From positions 2,604,001 to 2,668,000 of the forward strand of contig CM026547.1 of assembly GCA_014905635.1 (NCBI GenBank): a DNA stretch of 64,000 nt. Direction: 5' to 3'. The stretch comes from Scenedesmus sp. PABB004 (Eukaryota). The position numbers and the translations under genes were made by a program. The notes beneath the pieces were generated by a model. It was not told where the DNA came from. It saw only the letters and a program-made list of their open reading frames with translations, and did no database searches. This document shows positions 61,602 to 64,000 of the stretch, piece by piece (the first letter of the stretch is position 1; each line of letters begins with the position of its first letter).

Positions 61602-63198
61602 ATGGCGGCCATGGCCGAGCCCGAGCCGGAGCAGGCGTCGGACCTCTACGGCTTCGCCTTCGCCGCGACGCTACAGCAGCAGGCCGTGCGGCTGCAGGCC
61701 GACGGCGCGGCGCGGCGCGCGGAGGCTGCGTGGCTGCCCTTCGCGGCGGCGCAGCGCCTGCCGCCCGAGCACCGGCTCAAGGACATGGTCCGCGCGGGCG
61801 TGCCGCCGACGCTGCGCCCCTGGGTCTGGACGGCGGTCAGCGGCGCGGGCGCCAAGGCCGCGGCCGCGCCGCTCAACCACTTCGCGGACATGGCCTCCGC
61901 CGGCGCCGCGCCGGGCGCGCGCTGGCTGGCCGACATCGACGCCGACCTGGACCACTCCTTCCCGGCGCACGCGCTGCTGCAGGCGCCCGACGGCCGCGCC
62001 GCGCTGCGCCGCGTGCTGGCCGCGTTCAGCGCGCACGACCCGGCCGTCGGCTACGTGCGCGGCATGAACGCCATAGCGGCGCTGCTGCTCCTCGCCGCCA
62101 ACAGGCGCGGCACGGCGCGGCGGCCGCCGCCAGCGCGGGGCCATCGCCGAACGGCGTCCGAGCGCGCCCGCGCGCGCGCCGCCGCCGGCGCGCAGGAGCG
62201 AGGCCACGGCGTTCTGGCTGCTCGTGGCGGTGGTGGAAGATATCGCGGCGCCGGGCACGTTTGACTCGCACCTCGCGGGCTGCCAGGTCGAGATGCTCGC
62301 GCTGCGCGAGCTGCTCACGAAAAAGCTGCCGCGCCTCGCGGCGCACCTCGACGCGCTGGACGCCGACGTCAGCATGTTTGCGACGGACTGGTGAGTGCCG
62401 GCGGCGGCGGCGGGCCCGCCCCCGGGAGGCGCGGCGGCGGGGCGGCGCGGACCACCGGTCGGGGAGCACAGTGCGCCCCGCCCACGCCCAGCGCGCGCGC
62501 GCGGCCGCAGGTTCCTAACCCTCTTTGCGACGTCGCTGCCCGCCGAGACGGTCATGCGCGTGTGGGACTCGGTCTTTTTCGAGGGCGCCAAGGTCATCTT
62601 TCGCGTCGCGCTCGCGCTGCTGCAGGCACACGAGCCCGCGCTGCTGGCGTGCGACGACCTGGGTGCGGCGGCGCGGCGGCGCCGCAGCGTGTGTCGCGCC
62701 GCAGCGCGCCCGGACGCGCCGGGCTCAGCGCCGCGCCGCGCCCCCCTGCCGGCCGCCGCCAGGCGAGCTGGTGATGGCGGTGCGGGGCGCGGCTGCGGGC
62801 TGCCACGACCGCGACGGCCTGATGGAGGGGGCCTTTTCCGGCATCGGCTCGCTGCCCATGGCCGTGATCGAGCGCCACCGCGAAGCGCGCAGCGCCGAGG
62901 TCGCGGCCGCCGTGCGGGAGCGCCAGGCGCTGCGCAACCGGCAGGCGCTGCGCGGCGCGCTCGACGCGCAGCTCGCCCCGCACGGCGAGCTCGAGGCTGC
63001 GCCGGCGCCCGGCCAGCTCGCCGCCGCGCTGAGTGGCGCGCGCGAGGCGGCAGCGACCGGCATGGGGTGGCCGAGGTGCTCGGCAAGCAGGCGGCGAGCA
63101 GCCTCAGGAAGGGCATCGGCAGCCTCGCGGGCCGCGTGCAGGCGGCGGTGGCGGAGCAGCGCGAGCGCGCGAGCGGCGGCGGCGGCGGGCGGCCGTGA
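61602..63198 (+). CDS. TBC (RabGAP) domain protein with substituted catalytic fingers; apparent -1 frameshift near 63065 (4 exons)
   Basis: DLYGF, VRAGVPPTLRPWVW, IDADLDHSFP, LRRVLAAF..GYVRGMN, AFWLL, WFLTLF..LP.ETVMRVWD..EGAKVIFRVALA. Confidence 0.9.
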
Positions 63199-63409
63199 GG
63201 AGGAGAGCGTGTGAAGAGCGGCTGGGGCAAAGCGCGCTGGCACGACCCGCCCCCGCATCAATGATCATTGATGCGCGGGCGTCATGACGCCCGCGCTCGC
63301 ACCTTCGCTCGCGCGGCGGCAGCGCGTGCACCTCCACGATCGATCCACTGCGCTCCCCGACCGCCCTTTTCACGCACTGCCCCCAGCGCACCACGCCCGG
63401 CCGATCGCG

Positions 63410-64000
63410 ATGACGCCGCGCGCCGCGCTCGTCGTGCTCGCAGCGGCCGTTGCCGCCGCGCTGCTGCTCGCGGCCCCGCCCGTGCGCGCCGCCAAGGCAC
63501 AGGCACGCGCCCCGCGCCGCGCCGCCGCGCGCGCCGCCACCGCGCGCGCCGCCGCGCGCTGCCCCTCACGCCCCCGCCGCCCGCACCCCGCAGAGCGCGG
63601 CGACGCTGCAGACGCCCAACCCGGGCAGCGTGGAGAGCTTTGAGCTGCTCGACCCGGCGGTGCAGACGGCCGACCCCGGCGAGCTGCTCTCCACCGACGA
63701 CGGCGCGGCCGGCGGCGAGGGCGCGCTCGCAGGCGCCGCGCACGCCGCGCAGCGCGCGGCCGAGCGCGTCGGCGGCGCCGCGGCGCGCTCCGCGCACAAC
63801 GCCGCGACCGACCCCACCTACGCGATGACCGGCGCGCACGCGGCCGGCGAGCGCGCCGCGGAGGCGCTGCGGCGCGCCGCGGGCCGCGCGGCCGGCTCCG
63901 CGCGCGAGGCGGGCGAGGGCGCCGCCGCCGCAGCGGCCGACGCCGCGGGCGGCGCGCGCGAGGCCGGCGCCGACGCGCTGCACCGCGCGGGCGAGACCGC
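63410..64000 (+). CDS. Secreted Ala-rich LEA-like protein (5' part; runs off window end)
   Basis: Signal peptide MTPRAALVVLAAAVAAALLLAAPP; intron ending near 63593; open exon with amphipathic repeats (AREAGEG, AREAGAD). Confidence 0.55.

Noticed and set aside
63482..63503. Additional GC donor in the last gene
   Set aside because: A canonical GTGCGC donor in the same phase exists at 63482, so it is ambiguous and was not counted.

Overview
Eukaryotic nuclear DNA, extremely GC-rich (roughly 75-80% by eye), gene-dense and intron-rich. Gene content, splice signals (mostly GTGCGC/GTGAGC donors, CTSAC-like branch points, GCAG acceptors) and occasional TGTAA poly(A) signals point to a chlorophyte green alga, probably Sphaeropleales (inference). 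I reconstructed 28 protein-coding genes by hand-splicing; two are cut off by the window edges. Most long ORFs in the track are antisense or off-frame artefacts of the GC content. I saw no rRNA, tRNA, CRISPR or autonomous transposon. Best leads: about 15 of roughly 110 inferred introns need GC-AG boundaries; a perfect 43-bp inverted repeat sits in a divergent promoter; a methyltransferase has two duplicated alternative C-termini; there are two apparent pseudo-enzymes (SurE fold, TBC domain), an intronless UIM + tandem Tudor-like protein and a PARP16-like tail-anchored ADP-ribosyltransferase; four -1 frameshifts are probably assembly errors. All family calls come from remembered motifs, not database searches, and exon boundaries are inferred without transcript data.
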